Positions 51,780 to 64,000 of a stretch of 64,000 nt of DNA are shown here, one piece after another (position 1 is the first letter of the stretch; the number at the start of each line of letters is the position of its first letter). Both the position numbers and the translations under genes were made by a program. This DNA comes from Malacoraja senta. Lineage: Eukaryota. The notes beneath the pieces are model-generated. The model did not search any database and had not been told where the DNA came from. It saw only the letters and a list, made by a program, of their open reading frames with translations. The DNA is taken from assembly GCA_038087875.1 (NCBI GenBank), contig CM075977.1, forward strand, positions 186,868,001 through 186,932,000, in the 5' to 3' direction.

Positions 51780-52812
51780 GCATCTCAACGCCTCTACTTC
51801 CTGAGAAGATTACGGAGATTTGATGCAACAGAGAGGATTCTCTTGAACCTTTACAGGTCTATAGTAGAGAACATATTGACTGGTTGCATCATGGCCTGGT
51901 TCGGCAACTTGAACGCCCTGGAGCGGGAAAGACTACAAAAAGTTGTGAACACCTCCAGTCCATCATCGGCTCCGACCTCCCGACCATCGAAGGGATTTAC
52001 CCGAGTCGCTGCCTTAAAAAGGCAGCCAGCATCATCAGAGACCCAGACCATCCTGGCCACACACTAATTTCTCCCCTGCCATCGGGAAGAAGATACAGGA
52101 GCCTGAAAACAGTAACGTCCAGGTTCAGGAACAGCTTCTTTGCTACAGCTATCAGGCTATTAGACAATAGACAATAGACAATATGTGCAGGAGTAGGCCA
52201 TTCGGCCCTTTGAGCCAGCACCGCCCTTCAATGTGATCACGGCGGATCATCCACAATCAGTACCCCGTTCCTGCCTTCTCCTCCTATCCCCTAACTCTGG
52301 TATCTTTAAGAGCTCTATCTAACTCTCTCTTGAAAGCATCCAGGGAACCGGCCTCCACTGCCTTCTGAGGCAGAGAAATCCACACTCATAACTCTGTGTG
52401 AAAAAGTTTTTCACTACTGCACATCACAACCTCAAATAAGCTCTGAACTACAATAGACTATTATTATTATNNNNNNNNNNNNNNNNNNNNNNNNNNNNNN
52501 NNNNNNNNNNNNNNNNNNNNNNNNNNNNNNNNNNNNNNNNNNNNNNNNNNNNNNNNNNNNNNNNNNNNNNNNNNNNNNNNNNNNNNNNNNNNNNNNNNNN
52601 NNNNNNNNNNNNNNNNNNNNNNNNNNNNNNNNNNNNNNNNNNNNNNNNNNNNNNNNNNNNNNNNNNNNNNNNNNNNNNCACACTGAACTTTTTTTTCTCT
52701 CTCTCTTTTATCATATTGCTTACAGTGTACTATGTTTACATATTCTGTTGTGCTGCAGCAAGTAAGAATTTCATTGTTCTATCTGGGACACATGACAATA
52801 TGACTCTTGAAT
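51780..52812 (+). mobile_element. Rex1/Babar LINE 3' portion, interrupted by a minus-strand CR1 3' end (~52160-52410) and an N run
   Basis: CIMAWFGN..RLQKVVNT; DPDHPGHTLISPLPSGRRYRSLKTVTSRFRNSFF; ...gacaatatgactcttga tail. Confidence 0.8.
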
Positions 52813-52819
52813 TACGTCT

Positions 52820-54900
52820 CCCCTCAATCTCCTCCGTTGTGAAGAAAACAATCCTAGTCCATCCAATCTTTGGTCATGGCTATAATTATGCCGTCCATCA
52901 ATATCCGTGCAAACCTCCCCTGCACCCTCTGGTGCAACGATATCTCTCGTTGAATTGGTGATGAGAACTGTATGCAGTACCTAATCTGTGGCCTAACAAG
53001 TGTTGCATACAGTTCTATCTTAGCCTCTGCTCTTATATTCTATGTTTTTCTAATTAAAATGAAAACATTCCTATTTCTATCCATTTGTTTTGCTTTTAAG
53101 AATTTTGGATGTTCCCTCCCTCTAGTCCTCCGCACCATTCAATATCCAATCATTTATTGTATATATTTATTGTTGAACATCCCCAAGTGCACTCTCTCTC
53201 TCAGGATAAAATTCCATTTGCCCTTTTTCTGTCCAATTGCCAAGACTCCTTATAACTCCCTACACTCTAAAGCCTTCCTCCACCCTATCAACCACACAAT
53301 TTTTGCATTTACTGCAAACTTCTTAGTTTTGCTTCTTACTTTTAGTTTTGAATCACATAAAAATGCTAGGGAAAGCAAAGTAGCAAACATTGAAACCCAC
53401 GGAACTTCACAGGACTTCCTGTCACAAAACACTCATTAACCGTAGCCTTTTTCTTCCGGCCACTGACACAATTTTGAATCTCATCTGCCACTCTCTCTTG
53501 AATTTCATAGGTTTATACTTTGCAACCAGCTATACACGTGAGACCTTGTCAAATGGCAAGTTAATATACATTGATGACATTAAAAGCCTCATGCACCTCC
53601 TCATTGCTTTCACCAATAATTCAATCGTTAATTGGGCACAATGTGCTCTTGAAAGAAATCCATATTGGCTGTCCATGATTGATCAGTTCTTTCCAGATGA
53701 AGGTTCATATGCTCTCTTAGAATGGATTCCAATGATTTTTCACCAACAAAGATAATCTATCTGGCTATTAATTATATGATTTTTCCTGACTACCTTGTTG
53801 TGACAACAATATAATGTTAACAGAACCCTAATCCTCAGTCTGAAGAAGGGTTTCGGCCCGAAACTTTGCCTATTTCCTCCGCTCCATAGATGCTGCCTCA
53901 CCCGCTGAGTTTCTCCAGCAATTTTGTCCACCCCTAATCCGCTAACACCACTTCTATTGCCAGAGGGTATTGAAGAATAAAAGGAGTCACAAACTTTGCA
54001 ATGTCTTCCTGATTCTTTAACATCCTGGTGAATACATCATCTGGGTCTGGTGCATTATTTACTTACAAAGATGGTAAGCCCATTAATAATTCCTCTTCCA
54101 CTTTGTTTATCCTATCCAATATTTAATTTGTGTTTATCTGAATTGGCGAGTCTAAAGATGGTGTTGGAACTGTACCTGGTTTCGCAGTCATGGATGTGGA
54201 GAGAACAGAGCAGGGGACTGCGCATAATGCCTCAAGGTGGTCCTGTGTTGAGGGTCTGACATAAACTTCAATTTTCTGCCTTACCTTAATCTCTATGCAC
54301 CTTACCATCAGGGTTTATTGGATTTGGCAGTATGGTCCTTTCTCTTTGGAAGAATGTTTACCCTAAGCCCCTTGCATCTCATCATTAAATGCCTTCCTGT
54401 TGCTCCGAGATTGATTTATCATTGCATAACTGTTTCCTGTCCACATTTTGAAAATCGCTCCTCAGTCTAGTGAAATAAGCTTCACTCCAATTCAAAACCT
54501 TTTTTCCTCCTATTTTACCGCTGCTCTTTTCTATAATCATGCTAAACCCAACTGAATTAGGATCATTTTTACAAAAGTATTTCTTCTACTGAAGTTCCAT
54601 CTGACCGTTCAGCCTCATTTCCAAAAATCAAACAAAGAACTGCATCCCCATCCCATCTCACTCACACCTCCCATATCGATCCCCAAATGTTTGCCACATA
54701 TTGGGTAAAAATGTTCTTCTAAATGCAGTTCAAGTTCATTTCAAGTTCATCTTCCCCCCTTCCAAATCTTTGCTCAACTCCCATCCTGCCCTGCCGTGCT
54801 ATTAGGACCCTGCCCAATAACCCAACTGGTCCTTTCTGGGATGTTATTCTTCCTGGCTCTGTCGCCATGTGATCCATTTGGCCTGTGCTTGCACTACCTC
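52820..54900 (-). mobile_element. Old decayed CR1 ORF2 remnant, interrupted by a Penelope fragment
   Basis: Patchy CR1-like sequence without an intact ORF. Confidence 0.5.
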
Positions 54901-54976
54901 TCCTGAAACTTGTCTTTGAGGTGTCATGATGATTTCACTATTGAAAGTAAGGCAGCCATTTTATACAATGGAAGCC

Positions 54977-55176
54977 NNNNNNNNNNNNNNNNNNNNNNNN
55001 NNNNNNNNNNNNNNNNNNNNNNNNNNNNNNNNNNNNNNNNNNNNNNNNNNNNNNNNNNNNNNNNNNNNNNNNNNNNNNNNNNNNNNNNNNNNNNNNNNNN
55101 NNNNNNNNNNNNNNNNNNNNNNNNNNNNNNNNNNNNNNNNNNNNNNNNNNNNNNNNNNNNNNNNNNNNNNNNNNNN
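54977..55176. other. 200-N gap (other N runs at 32928-33097, 34645-34859, 52471-52678)
   Basis: Runs of N. Confidence 0.99.
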
Positions 55177-58128
55177 CGGAGACCGCGGCTTCGGAAGTCC
55201 TAAGGCCGAGCTGGGCGGAGCTCCAACACTGGCGATCCTCGGCGAAGATCCCAGGCCTCCGCGATTTTAAAGTCAGCTCCGCCCGCAGCTGGAACTCCGC
55301 AGACCACAGCTCCACGGTGTTAAAGTCGGCAGGCCCAATACTCCGGAGCTCCAACACGGCGATCTGGGTAGGGCATCGTCCGCTCCGCGATGGTCATACA
55401 GTGCTGCGCTGCTGCTGAAGCTCTGGCCGGTCTCCAGCAGGAAAGGCCGCGCCAATCCAGATGGTAGGCCACGAGGGGAGGGGGGGGGGGGCGAAGATGC
55501 GACTCGGAGAATAGACGCATCCTCGACCAGGAGTGACTGAGAAGACGGTTTCCCCCTCCCCCTGAAAATAAAAAGGACTAAAAGACCTCCAAAAACAAAC
55601 TTTTAGACAGACTAAAAATAACAAAAAGAAAGAAAGGACATACAGCTGCTGGCAAGGCTGCCATACTCGATAGCACCACCACTCGACGAGTCAGTGAAGA
55701 GATATACTGAGAAGAGATATACTGAGAAGTGAGTTGAGTGCAGCCTTGAGGACAGTATAGGTTTTCTTCACAGAGCAGACTAACCAAAGAATGTTTCCGC
55801 CAACAGGGAGATCCAAGGACCATCGGTGTAAGGCGGTCACTAACAAATCCAACATTGCTCATTGAAACATACAGAATAGTGAAAGGCTTGGATAGAGTGG
55901 ATGTGGAGAGGATGTTTCCACAAGTGAGAGAGTCTAGGACTAGATGTTATAGCTTCAGAATTAAACGACGTTCTTTTAGGAAGGAGATGGGGGAGGGATT
56001 TTTTTTAGTCAGAGGGTGGTGAATCTGTGGATTTCTTTGCCACAGAAGGGTGTGGAGGCCAAGTCAATGGATGTTTTTAAGGCAGAGACAGATAGATTCT
56101 TGATTAGTATGGGTGACAGAGGTTATGGGGAGAAGGCCGGAGAATAGGGTTAGGATGGAGAGATGGATCAGCCATGATTGAATGGTGGAGTAGACTTGAT
56201 GGGTTGAATGGCCTAATTCTACTATTCCTGATGACCTTATGAATTGTATTTGATAAGAATAGGTTTCTGAGGGAAAGCTCGATAAACATAGGAAGGATAA
56301 CTGAAAAGAAAATTAAAATGTAAACAAAATGTGCTGGGAGCAGTCAGCCAGTCAAGCAGCTTCTCTGGGGAGTGGAACAGTGAACATTTCAGTTTCTTTT
56401 TCCACGTTTGAGCAGTTGCAGCATTTCCTGGTTTTCTTTAGGATTTCCATAACTTGCTTCAAAAAGGAAGGGATTCAAGGAATATGGAAACAACAAACTG
56501 CAGATGATGGTTACACAAAAACCAGGGCGGCACAATGGCACAGTGGTAGAGTTGCTGCCTTACAGCGCCAGAGACCCGGGTTCGATCCTAACTACGGGTG
56601 CTGTGTGTATGGAGTTTGTACATTCTCCCTGTGACTGCGTGGGGTTTCACCGGGTGCTCCGGTTTCCTTCCACACTCCAAAGACATACAGGTTTGTAGGT
56701 TAATTGGCCTCAGTAAATTGTCCCTAGTGTGCAGAATAGTGTTAGTGCACAGTGTGATCGCTGGTTGGCACGGACTCGATGGACCGAAGGGCCTGTTTCT
56801 GTGCTGAATCTCTAAAGACTAAGGAGGGGAGATTAATTTGCATCGTACATAAATGTGGGCCAATTGGTATTTTGTGCCTGTCCACTTTATTTTTTGGAAT
56901 GACAATTTTCTGTGAAGTATAAACTTATGAACTATATGGTATCGTAACCCGAGGAAAGCAGCAAGAAGAGCAGACGAACAATCACAAACCCCAAACTCAT
57001 TACATCACTGACATTTGGCAAGAACATTTTGTTTTTCACTCTTGAGTCACAGCAGTTTTAAGTCAGGTAAGCAGGAACTGTCCTCCTGTAGCCAAGCAAC
57101 TGTATTTTCTTCATGCATGGGTTAATTAGGTATGTCAAATTAGTAGCAAAGTTAAAGGCTACCATAAGGGCATTTTTAAGCAATGCGCTGGCCCTAAAAC
57201 CCGCACATTGAAAGGAATGCCACTTTTATCAGATTCCTGTTAGCTGTGTCAGGTTAAAATTGCCCCCATTATATTGCAGCAGAGTTGCATAGGTTTGACC
57301 TTTATACCGAGTGCTATCAGTTAGTTTACCTGAGCGGATAAACTGCCTATTTTCAAGCAAACCTTATGTAAAGCCCATTGATATCCAACGGGTCAAATTA
57401 GGCGAGTTCCACAATGGGCAGACCTACCCATGATCTTTTGTACCTTGCCCTTTTGCCTAAATCTACTTTATACAGGCAGAAAAACAATCTGTGCTGATGT
57501 CGTGAAGGATCCATATGCATCGTATTTGGGCAAAGTTAATGCAATTTGGGTTTTGGAAATGAAACAATAACTCTGATTCTTTTTCCAGGGGTGCAATCTG
57601 ACCTGCTGAGTATTTCCAGCATTTTCTGGATTTATTATAAATGAATTTCCCAAAGGCCTGAGTCTGTAGTAGGAAACTGCAATACCGTGACTCTAAATTG
57701 GCATTCCTAAGGAGAGGCACAGCGATGTTGGAAATGGGAAGGGTCAACTGGCGAGACATGTTTTCTAATGATTGGATCAAACCATTGTTTGTGGATTATG
57801 CTTGGGGTGCTCTGGATATCTCTGTGGCAGACTGAACCACTGGAATGGAGGGGGAAAATATCATCTTCACTTTAATCGTTTCAGATGTTCACCCAAAAAG
57901 AAAGAAAAACAACAAACATCTCAGAAAGGTGCAGTTACATTATGAGACCAGCCGACTAACTCTGTCACACACAAACAGACTATCACATGGCACAGGAACC
58001 CATGCATACCTCTGTACAAAAGGAACACCAAGTGTAAAACAAAGTCTTGCGGAAATCAACAATGGTCACCTGGGCACCATCTAATACCATTTTCCAAACC
58101 TACTAATTCAGCTGCTAGGTCATCGTAC

Positions 58129-58218
58129 CTCTTGAGTGAGAATCATGAGATTTTTAAGCACTGAGTCCATGGCATTAACTACTTCTAATGTTGCAGGAGG
58201 ATCAATGGCCATTCCCTT
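58129..58218 (-). CDS. ABCA1-like: ABCA1-like exon 8 equivalent (duplicate copy)
   Basis: Same sequence as 39141-39230, inside the duplicated block. Confidence 0.75.
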
Positions 58219-60268
58219 CTGTAAAAGAAAGGAAGGAAAATAACAACAAATGTGCACAGGTAATGACAACCATCCATTAGAGAGTGTCCAGCCTGTCGTT
58301 TAACTTTAAGCATGCATTACAGTTCAGCACAAGATCACAAGAAAAACACTGGGACACAGGCCATCAGTCCAGTGATCTGTTCGCCTTTGGCACCATGACT
58401 TTCTCTCATACTTTATTAATTGTGTTCGGGATTTTTCTAAGTTCCTCCCTGGTATTTGAAATTAAACCATCTTTAACCTTAGTGTCCTCAATGATGAAGA
58501 CTGGCACAAAAGATTGATTTAACATATCTGCCCTTTCTTTGTTTACTGTTATTAATTCACCAGCCTTGTTCCTTCGAGGTCTCACTTACCTTAGTTGCCA
58601 CCTTCCTGTTTACATATTCACAGAAACTCTCTCTTGATTAGCTTCCTTTCTGAATATTGATTCCCTCACCACTGGTGCATTGAAAATCCTCAAACCAGCA
58701 GTTCTTCATCGACCATGAATGTTGTAATTAGTCTGATGGGAATATTCAATCGTATAGTAGGGAGAATATCTCTCATCTTCTTTAAAACAGCTCTGTGGTA
58801 TCTCTGATGCCTTGTCCAAAGACAGGCTCCTCTGACATTGCAGTTCTTCCTTGGTGATGTCCATCTATGTCATCTTCATTTGGTACCTAAGAGTCTAGTG
58901 TTTAGTTTAGAGTTATAGCGTAGAAACAGGCCCTTTGGCACAGCGAGGTTACCCGACCAGTGATCTCTGCACACTAACACTATCCTATACACACAAAGGA
59001 CAACTTACAATTATGCCAAGCCAAATTAGCCTACAAACCTGTACGTCTTTGACATGTGGGAGGAAACCGGAGCTCCAGAGAAAACCCACACAGGTCATGG
59101 GGAGAACGTACCAACTCCTTACAGACAAGCACCCATAGTCAGGATCGAACCTGGGATCCTGGGCTCTGGCACTGTGAGGCAGCAACTCTACCACTGCGCC
59201 AATGTGCCGCCCATATTGAGCCTCTCTATCATGTAACAACACAAATGTCTTCAAAACAGGAAGTGAGGGAGGAACACAGGAGGTCGGGCAGCTTCCGTGG
59301 ATGGAAATGGACAGACAATGTTTCAGGTTGGGACCTTTCTTCAGAGGTTTTGCCCCTTGTCCATCGCTCTGAAGAAGGGTCCCAGCCTGAATCCATTCCC
59401 TTCCACAGATGCTGCCTTACCCACTCAGTTCCTCCAGCACTTTGTGTTTTGCTCAAGATTCACACTGCCAAGGGTGGTGGTGGAGGCAGATACGATCGTG
59501 ACATTTACGAGGCTTTTAGATATGGATATGTAGGAAATGGAGGAATCTACAGTGTGCAGGCAGATGAGATTAGTTGATCTTGGCATCATGTTGGGCACAG
59601 ACATTGTAGCCTGTGTTCCTGTGCTGTACTGTTCCATATTCGGCACTCTCTTGTGTCACTATCTATGTGACCCACTCGATGGAAGCAGAAGTTGCACTGC
59701 TGGGTCATCAATCAATTGATAAGAGGCAGCACCTGTCTTTGGGACAGTGCCTTAGATACCTGTCTCACCCTTGGCACCTTTACGTATCGCTTAACCATCT
59801 TTAGCTCCTTCAGGCATGTCCTCATTCTTGATATATTGCGTTTTTCAGCAAGAAATAGCCATTGAAATAGATTCCATTTCCACAGCTTTCCTCGTTGCTC
59901 GTTCTTTCCCCGGCCCCAGTGGAAAATATTACCAGAGATAAATAAGCCTAAAGTACGTAGACCAACAGGACTCCAAACCTTTATCATAGAAGTCCAGTTG
60001 CATCCCTGTGTAGGAAGGAACTGCAGATGCTGGTTTAAACCAGATAGACACAAAATGCTGGAGTAACTCAGTGCGACAGGCAGCATCTCCGGAGAGAAGA
60101 AATGGTGACATTTCAGGTTGAGAGTCCTCTTCAGACTCCTTCTTCACCCATTCCTTCTCTCCAGAGATGCTGCCTGTTTTGCTGAGTTACTCCAGCATTT
60201 TGTGCCTCTCTCTCTCCAATTGTATCCCTGTTTGATGTACAGGCAGAGTAATGGACTCAATCACTTAC

Positions 60269-60460
60269 TTTGGTTAACATTAGGATATCCAAGTTGGAAA
60301 AAAAAGCTCTTTCCACTCTTCTTAGCTCCTCGTCAGACAGTGTGCAAATGAGAGATTGAGTGCGTGTGGCAGTAGAGGGATCTCCAATGATAACAAAGTC
60401 ATCCAGCTTCGTGTCATTGCAAAGGTCTTTCAGCTGCAACCCTTGCCCAACTGTAATCAC
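60269..60460 (-). CDS. ABCA1-like: ABCA1-like exon 7 equivalent (duplicate copy)
   Basis: Same translation as 41284-41475. Confidence 0.8.
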
Positions 60461-61781
60461 CTGAAATGAATGACATAATACTTAATGCTTTCTATGTCCG
60501 GAGTGCGCAGAAAGCTTATGTTCATGATTTTACTATGGCACTACTATCACTGTGATAAGTGCTCCATGTAATAAAGTCAGTTGACGTGAATGACAGTATA
60601 CTGAACATGTTTAGGAATATAACAAATGGATAGAACTCTGAGCTTGATCCGCTCTTCAAATTGAATTGTGACTAGTCTTTAATTCCACCATATATATCCT
60701 AATATAATATTCCTTAACATCCTTGTATAACAAAAATGGATAATCTTCTGTAGCTTTGAAAATCAAATAGACAACCATTTAACTTAGTGCGTCCAAATCA
60801 AAATTAATTTCATCATAAACATCATTATCCAATCATTTAATCTTACACAATCTACCAACTCCAAACCTTTATCACTCGTGGCAAATCTTGTTTGAGTTAA
60901 AATTAAAAACATAATGATTATATAGTGTCATTTGTTAGCTGCAAGGTTAACATGACCTCAAGTGGGCCGAATTGATACTATTTATGTCATGGCAGAGTTT
61001 AACTGCTACCTTAGACTTGAAATTAGAATACAGCATGATAGTTAATTAAAAAGATGTCCAAATGACCCAAGGTAAACTGCAAGTAGTCCAACCAAAGAAT
61101 CATTCCTCATTCATTTCATGGACAGTACTTTACATGGCTTTTTCAGTCATGTAAATATTGAGTTGAATTAATCTACTTCCACATTTCTCACTGGGTGGTT
61201 GCAAGTTAGAGTTTTAACAGCGTTTTTGCTATTTATTTCTGTCCAGTAATTATTTGTTGTATCTATCCCACATAACATGCACATTGAATTACTGAATCAA
61301 TGTCTGCTAGGTGAGCTCTTGCAAAATGATTGGCTTCATTGGTTTTAACCACCATTTGTAAAAGGTCCAATCCAAGGAGAATTTATTATTTCTGAAGGTG
61401 TGTTTGGCTCAGCAGGTAGCACTGTAACTCAAGACTGAAGGTCATGGGCCCATCATCTATCTCCCAGTGTGCAGTGTATTTGCATGTAGATCTACAAAGA
61501 GATGCAGTCCTCCCCCAACCCCCCCACCCCACCCCCTAAAAAAAACTAACCGCTGGATGAACTCAGCAGGTCAGGCAGCATCAGTGAGGGAAATAGTATA
61601 AATGACGTTTCGAGTCAGGAACTATGCTGCTTGGCCCACTGAGTTCATCTTGAAGTTTGTTTTCTTTTTACGCAAGATTAGTGCAAATGCAAAGTGCTGC
61701 AAGCAGACACAATGTCTTATGATGGATTGTAGGCAGCTAAGAGTGGTTATTGTTGTTGGGATTATTATCATTTGTTTTTAC

Positions 61782-61903
61782 CTTTCCAAAATTTACATCA
61801 GCATCCAGGATGTTATCCACTGTAGAACGATCAAATGACATATTTTGGTACAGAAATTCCGATAGAGTCTCATTCTCGATTAAGAAATCCTGGAGCCTGA
61901 GAT
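61782..61903 (-). CDS. ABCA1-like: ABCA1-like exon 6 equivalent (duplicate copy)
   Basis: Same translation as 42799-42920. Confidence 0.82.
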
Positions 61904-63857
61904 CTGCACAAATAATAACACACAATCAGTGATCAAATAATAAGAGCAGGGCCGATACCCCCCAACAAAATGAATCACTATTACACTGAATGTAATACCA
62001 TAGGTCCCATGGAAAATTAGATCTATCAAATGGCATATCACATTTGCAATAAGAGAGATGAGTTGACAGCACGGATAGCAATATATGAATATGATCCAAT
62101 TGCTATAACAAAGACATGCTGAGGGGTGACTAAAGTATACTATCCAGTCGCATCACAGCTTGGTATGGCTACTGCTCTGCCCAAGATGGCAGGAAGTTGC
62201 GAACACAGCCCAGTCCATCACATAAACCAGACATCCCCCACCCCTTCACGCTGGCTCGGGAAAGCAGCCAACATAATCAAGGAACACTCACGTCCCCGTC
62301 TTCCTCTCTCTCGTCAGGCAGAAGGTACAAAGGCTTGAAAGGCTTGAAAGGACATTCTTTCCCTCTGTTATCAGACTCTTGCGTGGAACTCTCAAGTGCT
62401 AAGGAGGAAAACTTCTTCTCCCTACTCACCTCACTGCGTCCCTTGCTCACTTAAACTAAACTAATAAGCCATACTGGGTGTTCAATATTACAGGTTATAC
62501 AATGTTCCAAAAGAACAGAACAAAAGGGAGAGAAGGTAGAGTAACATTGTTAAACAAGGAAGGTATCAGAGTGGTGTTGAGTCATGTTAAAGAGGCTAGT
62601 TATGTAAAACCATTATGGGGTGAAAATCAGGAAATGGCAGAGGAAAGACAACACAGATAAAAGTGATCTAGAGGACATAAATGTGACCTCTCAATAGGTT
62701 GGACCATTACTGGGGCATATTTGAAGGGAACTGTAATTGCCATGGGAAATGTTAATCTACATTTTGTTTGGACATATCATCTGGCAAGCATATCATTAAG
62801 AAATTAAATTTATTTTTGCTCAACATCTGCAGTTTTTTTGTGTTTCACTGGCAAGAGCATTGTTTAAGAAGAATATGTGGAGTGTGCCAGGGATTGCTTT
62901 TAGAACAGCATGTTACGGAACAAATCATCTAAAATTTGTTGATGAGAAAAGCGGACACTCCCACAAGTGAAAATATCTCAGCATCTGCCCTGGAGAAAAG
63001 GAATAGGGGATGTTTCAGGTTGTGACCCTTCTTCAGACTGAAGAATGGTTTCAACCCAAACATCACCTATTCCTTCTCTCCAGAGATGCTGCCTGTCCCG
63101 CTGAGTTACTCCAGCATTTTGTGTCCATCCTCGGTGTAAACCAGCATCTGCAGTTCCTTCCTACCCTTTCAAGTCCCCTTAGGATCTTATACAGCTTGTC
63201 AAGTTATGCATTGGGTCTCTCCTTTAGAGCACCCCAACAAGTAACCTTAACTCTAGGCTGTTGTTGCCAGCTGATGAGACCAAGCTTTAGCTTTGAATTT
63301 GGGGAATGGTTTGAAAAAAAACAACTTTGTAAACTTATCTTTACCCCTGCATTTTTGGACTTCACTTAATAATAACAATTATTAAGTATTTTAGAAGTGC
63401 AGTCGTGGTTGTGATGCAGGAAGCCAACTTGCATGCAGCAACAATGTGATGGTGATAGACCTTTCCTTCCAGTGCTGTGATGTCAGCTTTAAATAGTGAC
63501 AGTGGCATTCACAATAATTCTCTTACAGCTTTTCAAAACAATGCCACGGATCTTTCACAACCCCTTGAGAGAACCGGTGGAATCTCAGTTTAAAATAAGT
63601 AGTTGGCACATTCGGAAGAGCATTCCTAGCTTTTCTCCAATGTAACTGAATTTCTGGCAAGTGAAGAAAAAAACAACTTCTGACATTATGCCAATTAAAG
63701 AATCGAGTGTATGATCTCTGCATACTTCGTTGGGGTTACTATAGTTTACACGGCGGCTGTGTTCATCGCTTAGACTCAAACAGAAACTCATTAATATTCA
63801 TAGCAACAGATGGACCATGCGCAGGGGGATGCCACTGACTTGTACAAGCATGTGAAA

Positions 63858-63873
63858 TGACCGATAGTAACCT
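63858..63873 (+). promoter_or_regulatory. LXRE DR4 (duplicate of 44875-44890)
   Basis: TGACCGATAGTAACCT inside the duplicated block. Confidence 0.7.
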
Positions 63874-64000
63874 CGCAGCCTGCATTTCCTTCAAGAGCAG
63901 TTGCATGTTTTAACAGTAACTTCACAATCTGTGAAGTTGCAAAGGTGTCAAACCTCTGAAACAGGTTTAGCAGTTTAAGTCAATAAGGTAGAAATTCAGC

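Larger units (their letters stand above)
55177..64000 (+). repeat. Near-identical direct duplicate of 36187-45017
   Basis: Colinear at offset ~18,983-18,990; differs only by scattered 1-3 bp indels and a few substitutions; starts right after a 200-N gap. Confidence 0.97.

Overview
Vertebrate genomic DNA. The repeat content (CR1/HER1-type LINEs, HE1/V-SINEs, Penelope, Rex/Babar) points to a cartilaginous fish such as a skate or ray (inference). The whole window lies inside one minus-strand ABCA1-like gene (ABCA1/ABCA7 clade). I mapped coding exons equivalent to human ABCA1 exons 6-28, all with GT-AG boundaries and mostly identical exon sizes; they encode ECD1, TMD1, NBD1 and the R1/PEST region. 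Exon 10 has a 1-bp frameshift. An ~8.8 kb block containing exons 6-8 recurs almost identically after a 200-N gap (36187-45017 vs 55177-64000), most likely a false haplotypic duplication. The most striking non-coding signal is two independent 16/16 matches to the human ABCA1 promoter LXR response element (TGACCGATAGTAACCT) in the intron 5' of exon 6. The introns also hold many Penelope-derived repeats with hammerhead-ribozyme-like cores, two PIF/Harbinger-type MITEs, a young CR1 family, an inverted CR1-in-CR1 pair and two GC-rich non-autonomous retroelements.
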